Shown here one piece after another: positions 37,831 to 50,200 of a DNA stretch of 63,807 nucleotides (within the stretch, counting starts at the first letter, position 1; every line of letters begins with the position of its first letter). The translations under genes and the position numbers were made by a program. The stretch is from assembly GCF_028641065.1 (NCBI RefSeq), contig NC_073400.1, positions 19,778,194-19,842,000 of the forward strand, read 5' to 3'. This DNA comes from Leucoraja erinacea. Its lineage: Eukaryota. The notes beneath the pieces were generated by a model. It was not told the DNA's origin. It ran no database searches and worked only from the letters and a program-made list of their open reading frames with translations.

Positions 37831-38989
37831 TAGACCTGGAGGTATAGTTTGAGCATGAGGGGACAGTCATTTATAACTTCAGCGGAAGAGAAGAAATTCC
37901 TCCCCCCACGATTAATTTTATTCTCTTTCCCCGAGGCGGTAGAGGCTCTGCCATCGAGTTTAATTAAAATGGAGAAAGATGTGGCCCATACCGAGTGGCC
38001 CATACCCACACATTGTATAAGGGTAATACATCGTGGGAACAGGCCCTTCAGCCCAACTTGCCCACACCGACCAACATGCCCCATCTACTCTAGTCCCACC
38101 TGCCTGCATTCGGCCCACATCTCTCCAAACCTATCCTATCCATGTATCTGTCTAACTGCTTCTTAAACTTTGCGATAGTACCTGCAGACATTACTTGCGG
38201 ATATTGTCAGTAACTACCTAATTGGGAGCAGAACGAGACAGATGATCTTGGTTAATCTTGCTAGCGGTTAGAGGCTGACCGAACAGTGATCTCCGTGGCC
38301 CGCGGTGAGGTCCAGGCCCCACAGCTCATCAACAGACACCATTTCTTCCTCCTGTTCAAAGATCATAGGTTAGCAAGGATCAAAGATTCCCCCGCCCATC
38401 TCACGGTGGTTCTGCCGGACCTCGGCCAATTGACCAGTCCCGTCCCACATCACCATGGCCGCCAATGGCTCTCACACAGCGAAGCCAGGGCGCCACACTT
38501 TCCATGGTCCCCAGTCAGCGCAGCGGCCAAACGGAGCCCGAGACTGCAGGATTAATGGATGCATTTCGCGGGAGTGGCTATTCCATAATTCGCAACCCAC
38601 TCCCGCAGGCCCGTACAAAGTTTTCCAAAAAGGGGGTGGCATGACAGGATTCCAAAAATGTTATGTGAAATAATGTGCACGCAGCGCACATCACAAGCGG
38701 GAAGCCCCTCACGTCCCAGTTCCAGGGCCCGCTTAAGGGGTTTTAGATTGTGGCGCATTCTGAGCTTTATTTTGGAGCTTTTTGCACTAAATTTAAAGAA
38801 AAACTTTTTGTAGAAAATGTCGTGTGTTGATTTGATTGCCTGTTACTGTTAGACTGTGTTAGTGTGTGCAGTGCACCTTTAATGGTCCTCCTGACCTAAC
38901 AACTTCACATCACATCAACTTAACATCAAATAGTTCAGTTTTCCGAGAATGTAACTGTGCAAACCTACTCACCACTTTGTCCATATCAT

Positions 38990-39203
38990 GGGCAAAGTCA
39001 TAGTGAATGTGCATTAAGACGAGTGCAGAATGGGGAACTCAGTACAGGATGAATGGGAGTGGGTCAGTACAGTGTGGATCGGGGGTCTGTGCAGGATGAA
39101 TGGAGGATATGTGAAGGATGAATGGGGGACGACAGTGCAGGATGGATGGGAAGGGGGTCAGTACAGGATGAATTGGGGGACCAGTGAAGGGATGATGGAT
39201 GAA

Positions 39204-39236
<33 letters not shown>

Positions 39237-39409
39237 GAGAACCAATGCGAGGTGGATAGGGAGATCAGCGCAGGATGAATAGATGGGGGGGGGGGTAGAT
39301 GGAAAGGGGAGCACAGGGGATGGCAGTGAGGCTGAATAGATGGGGAATTGGGATCAGTGCGGGGTGGTGAGGATGGGTCCCAAGATAAAGGAGGAGGTTC
39401 AAGAGAGAG

Positions 39410-39450
<41 letters not shown>

Positions 39451-39800
39451 TTGGGACAGAGGAGGTGGTGAGGAGGAAGGAATGTCAGCGCTCCTCGGAC
39501 AACACCGGCATCATCGCCTCGCAGCCCGTCCCTGCCCACCACCAAAATGGGGGGCAGTTGGGACCTCCTCGCCACAGCCTCCCCTCCTCGCCAGCAAACA
39601 GAAAGGTGCGGGGCCGAGCGGTGCAGGTGCTTCAGACGGCGGAAGGGGGCCTCCCCCTTCTTTCCCTCCTCCCAGCCTCAGCATGCAGGAGGGTTTGAGG
39701 TATGAGGGCGTGCATGGTGCAGAAGGAAGTGGAGCCGCCATCGCCACTGTTGCTGCTGTGCGGGGCCCGTACAGGCGGTGGCATGTAATTTGAGTCGGTT
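38990..39800 (-). mobile_element. Partial third relative of the hAT-like element core
   Basis: Shares GGATGAATGG repeats and GTCAGCGCTCCTCGGAC..GGGGCCGAGCGGTGCAG with 19200-19900. Confidence 0.6.
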
Positions 39801-39834
39801 CACGAGCTTGCCCGCCGCATGTATTTTCTGCGGT

Positions 39835-40324
39835 GAGAAGGAGACCGTGTTCCATGTGTACATGAGAGGTTACTGCCCCTCTACCAATATCTGAAGGGGT
39901 TGTTCCTCAAGTTCTGGGTGCATTTTAGTCCCACGATTCCAGTGTTTGGACATAGGGCACGGAGTGAAGAGAGCCGATGGGGGTGGGATTTCCCTGACGG
40001 TTTGCTCCTGGCCTGGCCAAGATGGCCATTCGCGGGTCCAAGCAGAGGGCGGTCAATGGTCAGGCTAGAGTCAGCTGCCTGCCCCTCTTTAAGGGCCTAC
40101 GTCCGTGCACGTGTGTCCCTGGAGAGGGAACACACGGTGTCCACGGGAAGCTTTGAGGCCTTCCGTGGGCGCTGATCACCACGTGGGGTTGAGAGTATTG
40201 TAAACAATGAATGCACTGTTATACTATAATGATTATTTGTTATAGTGTAATTTCTGATTATGTTTTGAGGTGTTGTATCATACGATTGTGTTGAATAAAG
40301 GTTTTTGAAAAGGAAAAAAAAAAA
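39835..40324 (+). mobile_element. Tx1-type LINE 3' end with poly(A)
   Basis: GAGACCGTGTTCCATGTGTAC (ETVFHVY), AATAAA at ~40293, A-run at 40313-40324. Confidence 0.65.
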
Positions 40325-40509
40325 GAGATTGGAAGTAAAAAAGAAACAGGGAGAGAGACTAGGACTGTGTGTGGATGTGTGTATAGAGAGTTACATGCAA
40401 TGATGTAGAGAGAGTCACATATGTAGAGCGTCGCAAAAATAGGGTCCATGAGAGAGAGTCACCGATAAAACAAAATGATAAAGCAAACATCAGAATGTTG
40501 GTACGGAAG

Positions 40510-40988
40510 GTGAGGTTATCCCTGGGATGTCAGGAATTTCATATGAAGAAAGAGTGGATAGACTCGGTTTGTACTCGCTAGAATTTAGAAGATTGAGGGG
40601 GGATCTTATAGAAACATACAAAATTCTTAAGGGGTTGGACAGGCTAGATGCAGGAAGATTGTTCCCAATGTTGGGGAAGTCCAGAACAAGGGGTCACAGT
40701 TTAAGAATAAAGGGGAAACCTTTTAGAACCGAGATGAGGAAAACATTTTTCACACAGAGAGTGGTGAATCTCTGGAATTCTCTCCCGCAGAAGGTAGTTG
40801 AGGCCAGTTTATTGACTATATTTAAGAGGGAGTTAGATGTGGCCCTTGTGGCTAAAGTGATCAGGGGGTATGGAGAGAAGGCAGGTACAGGATACTGAGT
40901 TGGATGATCAGACATGATCATATTGAATGGCGATGCAGGCTCGAATGGCCGAATGGCCTACTCCTGCACCTATTTTCTATGTTTCTAT
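40510..40988 (+). mobile_element. CR1 3' insertion with GGAAG TSD, absent from the paralogous block
   Basis: GGAAG at 40505-40509 and 40989-40993; the empty site is TACGGAAGAGGTC near 174-186. Confidence 0.9.
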
Positions 40989-41147
40989 GGAAGAGGTCAG
41001 TGCAATGTGTTTCTTCTCTGTATGTATCCTATGTCACATGCAGAACATGCTGCCTATTACCCTATCACAGGCGGGTCTGAGGAGGAGTCAGTTCCTGATC
41101 TTTTCACTCTTATTATAAATCTCGCAGCGCTGAAACATCACTTCAAG

Positions 41148-41208
41148 ATGTTTTCTTTGAGGAGGATCCCCTTCCTACTCTGTGCATCCCTCATCGGCAT
41201 CTGTGTAG
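41148..41208 (+). CDS. Gene 2 exon 1, signal peptide [20 protein letters not shown](A)
   Basis: Paralog of 334-400 with an in-frame 6-nt deletion. Donor TAG|GTAAGT intact, phase 1. Confidence 0.8.
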
Positions 41209-44200
41209 GTAAGTACAGATATTAATGATCAACTCTGGTTATCGATGAGTGTGAGGCTTGTGCAGGTTTTCAGTGCATATAAAGGCCATTCAACCCATTG
41301 TGGTAATTTCCTGGCTTTATGCTATCCCAAATGCTGCCACACTGTCATAAAGGTGGGACACACTGGTCTCTCATTCCGTCCCTCTCTGTGTCATTCACAG
41401 CCCCTCTTCCATTCTGCTGATGCTATCTTTCTTTATCTCGCTCTCTGTCCAAACACTCCTTCTCTCACTGACCCTATTTCTGTGCCTCTTTCTCCAGTTC
41501 TGTCACTTTCTGCTGGTTCCTGACATCTCTACAAACCTCTCTGTAGTTAACATTGTATTGCCATTTGTGCCTCGCTATCTCTCTCCCTCCCTCCCTTCAA
41601 CAACCCCCGCCCTCCACCCATTCCACTACTCTCGCTTTACATTCCCAGTCCAGCTCTATTTTTCACTTCACATACTTCTTGTTCTGCAAAATGTTCTGAG
41701 CCTGAACCACTTCCTGCCACCATTTGATGCAATATTTGACCAAACACCCTCCCTATCAGAACCAGCTCATTGCACCCTGACAGCAGCTTCCGACTTCTAC
41801 AGGGCTCTGGGCATTCAGACTATCAGCTCTGATGGATAACAGTAATGAACCCCAACTCCAAGTGAGCTGTCAAATAACAGAATGGCACAACACAGCAGAT
41901 ACAGTTCCTCGCACCAGGTAGTTTCGTAGCACTGGGATGAAGGGCCTGATTTATGATTCATGGGATTCACAGTGACTTGGACATTCAGATTCAGAACTGG
42001 CTCACTCATAGAAGGCAGAAGGTTGTGGGGGAAGAGTGTTATTCTGGCTGGAGGTCTGTGCCCAATGGGGTTCCAAAAGGTGGATCACTATTGGGTGTTT
42101 AATATTATATATATTTATATTGGTGGAGTTGCAGACAGTGAGGAAGGTGTCAAAGATTACAGCAGAATATAGATCAACTACAGAAATGGGCAGAGAAATG
42201 GCATGTGGTTTGATCTAAATAAGCAAGTATGAGGTGTTACATTTAGGGAGGACCAATGTCAGAGAAAAGTATATTGTTAATTGCAAGGCCCTTAACAGTA
42301 TTGATGTATTGAGGGATTTTGGGGTCCAAATCCACAACTTCCTGAAAGTGGCAACACAAGTCGATCAAGTGTAAAGAAGATCTATGGTCGTAAGGTCATG
42401 TGATAGTAGATAGATGGGAGGGGGAGAGGTGTAGGGGGGAGAGAGGGGAAATAGTGGTGAGGGAGAGGGGAGGGTAAGAGTGCGGAAGAGGGGTAGGGGG
42501 AGTGGTGGTGGAAGAGGCAGAGATGGGTAGGGGGGAAGAGGTGGGGAGAGAGGGGTTAGGGGGGGAGGGGAGAGAGGGGGGAAAGGGAGAAGGCGAGAGG
42601 TGTGCAGGAGGGGGTGAGAGGGGTGGGGGAGGGGAGAGAGGAGAGGGAGGAGGGAGGAGTAGGGAGGGGGAGAGGTGGAAGAGTGTGGAGGGAGGGGGAG
42701 AGTGGTGGGGGGGGGTTGGGGAAGAGTGGGGTGGGAGGGGGAGAGGGGTGAGGGGAAAGAGTGGGAGGGAGGGGGAGGGGTGAGAGGAGTGGGAAGGGGG
42801 GAGGGGGAGGGGAGGGGGGGCAGTGGGAGTGGTTGGAAGAGGGACGGGGAGTGGTGGAAGAGGAACAGAGGGGTATGGGAAGGGAGGGGGGAGAGGGAGA
42901 GGGAGGGAGGGGGAAGAGAGAGGAAGGGGGGGAAGAGGAGGGAAGGGAGGGGGAGAGAGGGAAGGGAGGGGAGAGAGGGAAGGGAGGGGGGAGAGAGGGA
43001 AGGGAGGGGGGAGGAGAGGGGGGGTGGGGAGGGAGAGTGGTGGGGTAAGGGGGAGAAAAGGGGAAGAGTGGGGAGGGAGGGGGTAGGGGGAGAGAGGGAA
43101 GGGGGTGGGGGAGAGAGGAGAGGGATGGAGGGGGTGAAGACAGGGAGATGGAGGGGGGAGGGAGAGAGGGGTGGGTGATGGAGGCGAAGAGGGGAGATGG
43201 GGTAAGGGGTTAGAGGGGGAAGAGTGGGGAGAGAGGGAAGGGAGGTGGGGAGGGAAGGGAGGTGGGGGAGAACGAGGGGAGGAGAGGAGATGGGAGAGGG
43301 GAAGGGGGAGGATAGAGGGATGGGGGGAGGGGGGGAGAGAGATGTGTGGGGGAGGGGGGGGAGATGGGGTGGGGGGGGAGGGGGGGAGAGAGGGGGGGGG
43401 GGGGAGGAGGGGGAGGGGGGAGAGAGGGGAAATAGTGGGGAGGGAGAGTGGGAGAGGGAGGTTAGGAGAGAAGTGGAAGAGTGGGAGGGAGGGGTAGGGG
43501 GTAGTGGAAGAGTGACAGGGGCAATGGTGGATGAGGAACAGAGAGGAAAAAAGGGGTGGGGGAGAGAGGGAAGGGAGGGGGAGAGAGGGGGTGGGGGAGG
43601 GGAGAGGGGTGGGGTAAGGGTAGAGAATGGAAGAGTGGGGAGGGAGGGTAGGGGGAGTGGTGGAAGAGGGGTAGGGGAGGGGGCGGGAGGGAAGCGGGGG
43701 GGTAGAGAGGGAAGGGGGGGTGAGGAGAGGGATGGGAGAGGGAGATGGGTGAGGAGAGGGAGAGGGGTGAGGAGGGGAGGAGGGGGGAGGAAAGAGGGGT
43801 GGGGGAGGCGAGGAGCGAGAGGGGGGGGAGAGAGAGGTGTGGGGGATGGGGAGGGAGGCAAGGAGGGAGATGGGATAGGGGGGTAGAGGGGGAAGTATGG
43901 ATGGAGGGGGAAGTGTGGGGAGGGGAAAAGGGGGTGGGGGAGAGAGGGAAAAGTGGTGGGGTGGGGGAGAGGCTGGTTCTGGGGCTGGTGCTGGGGCTGC
44001 TGCAAAGGCATATGTAAATGGTTCCATTCCGATTGGACACTGTGAGCATTGGGCATTGTGACATCACACGATAGGCGAGGGAGGTGAGTAAGAGTGTGGA
44101 GGGAGGGGGAGAGGGGGGGAGAGAGGAAAAGGGGTGGGGGAGGGTGGGGGGTGTGGGGAGAGGGGAGAAGGGCGGAGAGGGAAGGGGGGTGGGGGGAAAG

Positions 44201-47200
44201 GGGGGGATGAGGGTGGGAGAAGGGGGAGGAGAGGGGGAGGAGATGGAGATGGGGGGAGAGGGATGGGGAGAGGGAGAGAGGGATGGGGAGAGGGAGAGAG
44301 GGATGGGGAGAGAGGGAGAGAGGGATGGGGTAGGGGAAGGAGGGGTAAGAGTGTGGAGGGAGGGGAGAGGGGTGGGGGGAGAGAGGGGGAAATAGTGGGG
44401 AGGGAGAGTGGAAGGAGGAGGGGTTGGGACAGTCCATCTGTTCCCCATTCCCTTTCACCCCCAATCCTCTTTCTCTATTCCCACACACGTGATGACGCAC
44501 TTCGACACAGGCTGCGGGGGTGGAGGGGAGGGGCTGGGGCTTTTGCAAAGGCATATGTAAATGGGTCTATTCCGATTGGACATCTGTGAGCATTGGGCAT
44601 TGTGACATCACACGATTGAACGTTCACCAACATTCTATGGGTGAGAAGTCATTTAAAAAAAAAAAAAATTTAGGGGAGGGGGGGGAGAAGGATTTTATTA
44701 AAAATGTGTAATCTCTACTGAAATGGAAAACATTTCGGCGATTCTACGTCTGGTGTTGACGTAGCAAGGAATCAAAGGCTGGCAGTCACAAGTCAGGCAG
44801 AAAGTCGGCCGGTCGGACACAGACTTTTAATATATAATAGAAGATAGATAGATATACACACATGAATAAATAAAATGATAAAGTGCAAATAAACAGATTA
44901 TGGGCTATTAATGTTCAGAGTTTTGTCCGAGCAGAGTTTAATAGCTTGATGTCTGTGGGGAAGTAGCTATTCCTGAACCTGGTCGTTGCAGTCTTCAGGC
45001 TCCTGTACCTTCTACCTGAAGGTAATGAGGAGATGAGTGTGTGGCCAGGATGGTGTGGGTCTTTGATGCTACTGCCAGCCTTTTTGAGGCAGCGACTGCG
45101 ATAAATCCCCTCGATGGAAGGAAGGTCAGAGCCGATGATGGACTGGGCAGTGTTTACTACTTTTTGTAGTCTTTTCCTCTCGGGCGCTCAAATTGCCGAA
45201 CCAAGCCACGATGCAACCGGTCAGCATGCATACTGTGCACCTGTAGAAGTTGGAGAGAGTCTTCCTTGACAAACCGACTCTCCGTAATCTTCTCAGGAAG
45301 TAGAGGCGCTGAGGAGCTTTTTTGATAATTGCGTTAGTGTTCTCGGACCAGGAAAGATCTTCAGAGATGTGCACGCCCAGGAATTTGAAGTTCTTGACCC
45401 TGTCAACCATCAACCCTTTGATATAAATGGGGCTGTGGGTCCCCCTCCTACTCCTTCCAAAGTCTGCAATCAGTTACTTGGTTTTGCTGGTGTTGAGGGC
45501 CAGGTTATTGCGCTGGCACCATATGGACAGTTGCTCAATCTCCCTTCTATATTCTGACTCATCCCCATCAGTGATACGCCCCACAACAGTGTTGTCATCA
45601 GCGAACTTGATGATGGAGTTCGCACTGTGGTTGGCTACGCAGTCATGGGTATAGAGTGAGTACAGCAGGGGGCTGAGCACACAACCTTGAGGTGCTCCCG
45701 TGCTGATTGTTATCGAGGCTGACACATTTTCCATCAATACGAACAGACTGTGATCTGTGGATGAGGAAGTCGAGGATCCAGTTGGAGAGGGATGCGCAGA
45801 GACCCAGTTCTGCGAGTTTGGTAACCAGTTTGGAGGGGATGATTGTGTTGAATGCCGAGCTGTAATCGATGAATAACAGCCTGACATATGAGTTTTTGTT
45901 GTCCAAGTGGTCCAGTGCGGAGTGGAGGGCCAACGGGATCGCATCCACCGTTGATCTGGCGGTAAGCAAACTGCAGTGGGTCGAGGTTTTTGTCGAGGTA
46001 GAAGTTGATTTGCTCCATGATCAGCCTCTCAAAGCACTTCATCACCACCGGCGTTAGTGCAACTGGTCGATAGTCATTGAGGCACGTCACCTTACTCTTC
46101 TTGGGCACCGGTATAATTGATGCCCTTTTAAAGCAGGTGGGTACCTCAGACCTCAGAAGTGAGAGGTTGCAAATGTCCGTAAACACTCCCACCAGTTGGT
46201 CCGCATAGGTTTTTAGAACACGACGGGTATACCATCAGGTCCAGGTGCTTTTCGGGGGTTCACCCCTCTGAAGGATTTCCTGACGTCGGCCTCTGTGACT
46301 GAGACTGAAATGCCATCACAGCGAATGGGGGATCGGGAAGGCACTTCAGTACTCTCCCTGTCAAAGCGTGCGTAAAACGCATTGAGCTCGTCAGGGAGTG
46401 ATATTGACCAAATGAGAGCAGGTGGGACTAGTGTAGCTGGGACATGTTGGCCGGTGTGGACAAGTTGGGTCGAAGGGCCTGTTTGCACACTGTATCACTC
46501 TATTACTCTGACTGTCTCCTGATCTCCATCTCATTTGTTCTCTCCGTGTTGTCTCTCTTTGATGCTACCTCCATCTCTCTCTCCCTTTTTCTCCTTTTAT
46601 TCACTCTATTTCCATTTTATGTCATTAATACCATACGCACATTATGAACAAAACTGTGTATTCAGCCCACAGCTTCCTGTCACACAGCAAAAGATCAGGT
46701 CACGACTCCGCTACAGTGCCGAGCTCTCTCAGCACCACACTGTAGGGGCCCCTCATTGCCCCTCCCACAGCACAGTGCTCTGTTCCCACTCATCCCACAA
46801 CGTGGCGCTCCCTACCCCACTCCGTCCCAGACCCACTTCCACTGGCATGGAGCTCCCACCCTGCCTACTCCCCCACCCCATGGCACCGAGCTCTCCATCC
46901 CTCCCTTTGTGCAGTGCTCCCTCCCCGCCCCTCTCAGAGTGTGGTGTGCCTGCATTGCCCTTCCCACAGTGTGGCACTCCCACAGCATCGCCTATCGTGC
47001 AGTTCAGTGCTTCCTCAGAACCGGAGCATTCTGGAGGAGCAGTGATGGACAGCGCATTTATAGGAGAGATACAAACCAGGAGAGAGGATGGGAGAGACTG
47101 AAGTAAAAGTAGCCTTGATCTAAGTTAATGAAAAGTTTGATGGGCTGATTGGCCACATGTTCCTGATTCAAATGTTCATGGGAGTCATAGAGATTGGGGG

Positions 47201-50200
47201 AGAGTTTGAGACACAGCGGGGGGAGGATGCGGGGTGTAGAGGATGGGGGATGGGGAGGAGGAGTGAGAAAATCCATGGGGTATAGGAGGGATGAAGAGGG
47301 AAAGGACTGGGATGGAGAAAGGAGAGAGAGAGAGAGAGAGGGAGAAGGAGTGAGGGAGGGAGAGAGGGTGAGTGTGGGGATGTGTGAGAGGGGGTTGTGG
47401 GAAGGCAGTGTTGGGGGTGTGAGGAGAGATGTGGAATGGTGGTTTTGGGAGAGGGAGGGTGGGGGTGTGTGAGGAGAGGGAGGAAGGGAGGGGGGGGGGT
47501 GTCAGAGGGAGTGGTGTGTGTGTGGGGACCCCAGTGAGAGGTAGGGCGGGGGTGCTGGGGGGAAGGAGGAGCTTGGTGAGGGAGGAGGTGTCTGGTAGGG
47601 AGGGTGGGGCTGTGTGGGAGGGTGGGGGCTGTGGGATGGGAGGAAGGGAGGGAGTGGGTTGGGGAGGCAGAGGTGGAGCTTGATGCTGAGGTTGTCTCTG
47701 CTCTCCCAGCTGTTGGTGCCCTGGACGTGAAGGCCCCGGAGTACCCGGTCAACGCCAGCCTGCGGCAGCCGGCCTGGTTACCGGTACAGGTGGGCGACCT
47801 GCCCCCGGACGCCGAGATCACATGGAAATTCACGGGCAAGGGAGGGACCTCCTCTTCCAACATCGTTCGCTACGAAGCCACGGAGAAGCGAAGGAATTAC
47901 TTCTATGGCATTCAGTTCGAAGGTCGGGTGAAGCTGCTGGACAACTTTACCCTGGAGATCGACAGCGTGAGGCTGGAGGATGTGGGGACGTACACCGTGT
48001 TGGTCACTACGTCCACCAAGGAGCAAGCACATGTGTATCTGCAGGCGTACGGTCAGTCCCTTTATGCCTCACCCTGCCCCTCCGCTTCTCTCCCGCTGCA
48101 TGGAGACGGGGCAATGCTGGTGAAGGGTGTGTGTGTGTGTGTGTGATCAATCCATACCCTCACTCCTCAGCAACGCACTCCCTCCTGCCCGCTGCCCACT
48201 CACTGCCTGAACTTGTCCTCAGGGAAATAGAGCTGAGGCCAGCGTCAGACCAGTGAGGAATGGCCTCCTCCTGCTCCTATTCCATGTTCTGATGTTCTCC
48301 TCTCTCCAATGGGAACTGCTTAAACCTGGGGTGGAGGAGAGATTTCCTAGTCAGACCATCTATATCAATGAAGGTACACAAAATTGCTGGAGAAACTCAG
48401 CGGGTGCAGCAGCATCTATGGAGCGAAGGAAATAGCCGACGTTTCGGGCCGAAACCCTTCTTCAGACTGTGATTCCCTGCTCCGAATCATTGGTTTAGGG
48501 ATTCTACAGATTTCTCATTGTTCAGCAAACTAAAAATAATCTTCCGTTCGCTACCTCTCTTTCCCCTTGAAGGAGGAGCGTTATAATGGATTTGCTTTTC
48601 ACACCGCATGAGGCCATTTGTTCCATTGGGACCAGGCTGGGCCCCAGGGAACAATCCCACAGTCCCATTCCTCTGCTCCTTATTTCCATGTAGACCAGCA
48701 GGTTTTCGTTTTTTTTCCTCTATCTGTCTCACTCACTCACTCACTCACCCACACACCCACACACCCACACACACACACACACACAAAGCAGCTGCACTTA
48801 GATTCCACCAACACACTGAGCAATTTACAGCAGGCAATTAACGTATTTGAGATGAGGTGGGAAACAATTGTCGGAGCATTGATTCGGTGTAAAACCCACA
48901 CGGTCATGAGGAATGTGAAACACCGGACCACACCGGTGTAAACCCACACGCCAATTGAAACACTTTGTTGAAAACGGAGGGACAAAAAAAGGGTGGTGGA
49001 GAACAGAATGCATAGCACACTTTTTCGGTCTGACATTTGTTGAAGGGCAGAAGCGAAAAATTCCAATCCGAAGATGGGGGACCTGGGGGACACACGCACT
49101 GGCGGGGTGAGAGGCATGCGGAGCACACGAGGTAATGCACCAGTCTAGCGGGCGGAGAGGAGGGCATCCGTGCCCGGAGGTCCTGAACAGAGACAGGATT
49201 GTGCCCTGGGGCTCCATATCCCTTCTCCTCCTTTTCCCTGCAGAGAGCCGGTGTAGGAGTCAGGGGTGGGAGGTGGCCAACAGTAAAGTTAGGCCAGGAA
49301 ATTGACCCTCAGGTTGCGGGGAGAGGCAGCTGCGGCGGTAGGAGACTGAATGCATCCACTGAACATTTTGTTGATTGAGAAGAAGGGTCCCAATCCGGGG
49401 GGCCCCGGGGACTCACGCCCACTCGGCGGGGGTGAGTGAGAGGTGTCCGACTTGCACGGGCGGAGAGGTCGGAGCTCCTGAACTGTCGGATGTGCCCTGG
49501 GCTCCATATCACTCTCCTCCTTTTCCCTGCAGAGCAGAAGGGTGGAGGGGCCAAACAGCTTAGGCCACGCCTGCACGGTGTGCTGAACGAGATGAACTTT
49601 GGCCCCCGTCAGGTGTCCGACTTGGGCGACGAGCTCCTGCTGTCGCTGGGGGCCTCCGACAGAATCGACTACGCCTGCACGGTGTGGAATCCCGTCAGCC
49701 GCCAGTCCGCCAACTTCACCAGGGAACGCGTGTGTGAGCAGCATTCAGGTAGGTCTGCACAAACGTCGGAACAGGGCAACAATGGGCAAGCAAGAGACAG
49801 GCAGCAGGGTAACACATTCCACAGGAGGAGCTCATGGAAACAGGTCCTTCGCAGCTCAGTGAGCTGTGACCCTCTCACTTCATCCATCTCGCAGAGATTG
49901 AGTGAGGCATGACATCCGGGTTTTATAGTCCCTCCCCCCTGCCGTCAGCTGGGGCGGCAGAGAGAATGGTGACATTTTTTAAAACATTAATAACTCTCTG
50001 ATTTTTCATCGATGGGAAAAATCCCATGGTCCTGTCGGGCGGAGGAGGATTCTGAGCGAGGTGGCCAAAATTGATGGCCGTAAATGGCGGCGTTCTCTCG
50101 GAAATCACGAAACAGAAAGTCGAAAGCGGTCAAGATCTTAGTTTTAGTAATACCTGTATAGATAATAAGGCAAGATAAGTGAGCGGGCAAGGATCTAACA

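Larger units (their letters stand above)
40362..42110 (+). repeat. Segmental duplicate block A' (partner of 1-1610)
   Basis: Starts GGACTGTGTGTGGATGTG like the window start and is colinear through the leader exon and intron. Confidence 0.92.

Noticed and set aside
42410-44480. Immunoglobulin switch-region analogue
   Set aside because: G-rich, but lacks the dense AGCT repeats that AID targets; kept only as a non-B-DNA tract.
42365-44589. Very long Pro/Leu/Ser-rich and Gly/Glu/Arg-rich ORFs (up to 729 aa)
   Set aside because: Stop-free frames are an artefact of the polypurine tract; there is no domain content.
47683-47730. Signal-like [15 protein letters not shown] overlapping the gene 2 V acceptor
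   Set aside because: Out of frame with the V domain and terminates; the hydrophobicity comes from the pyrimidine tract.
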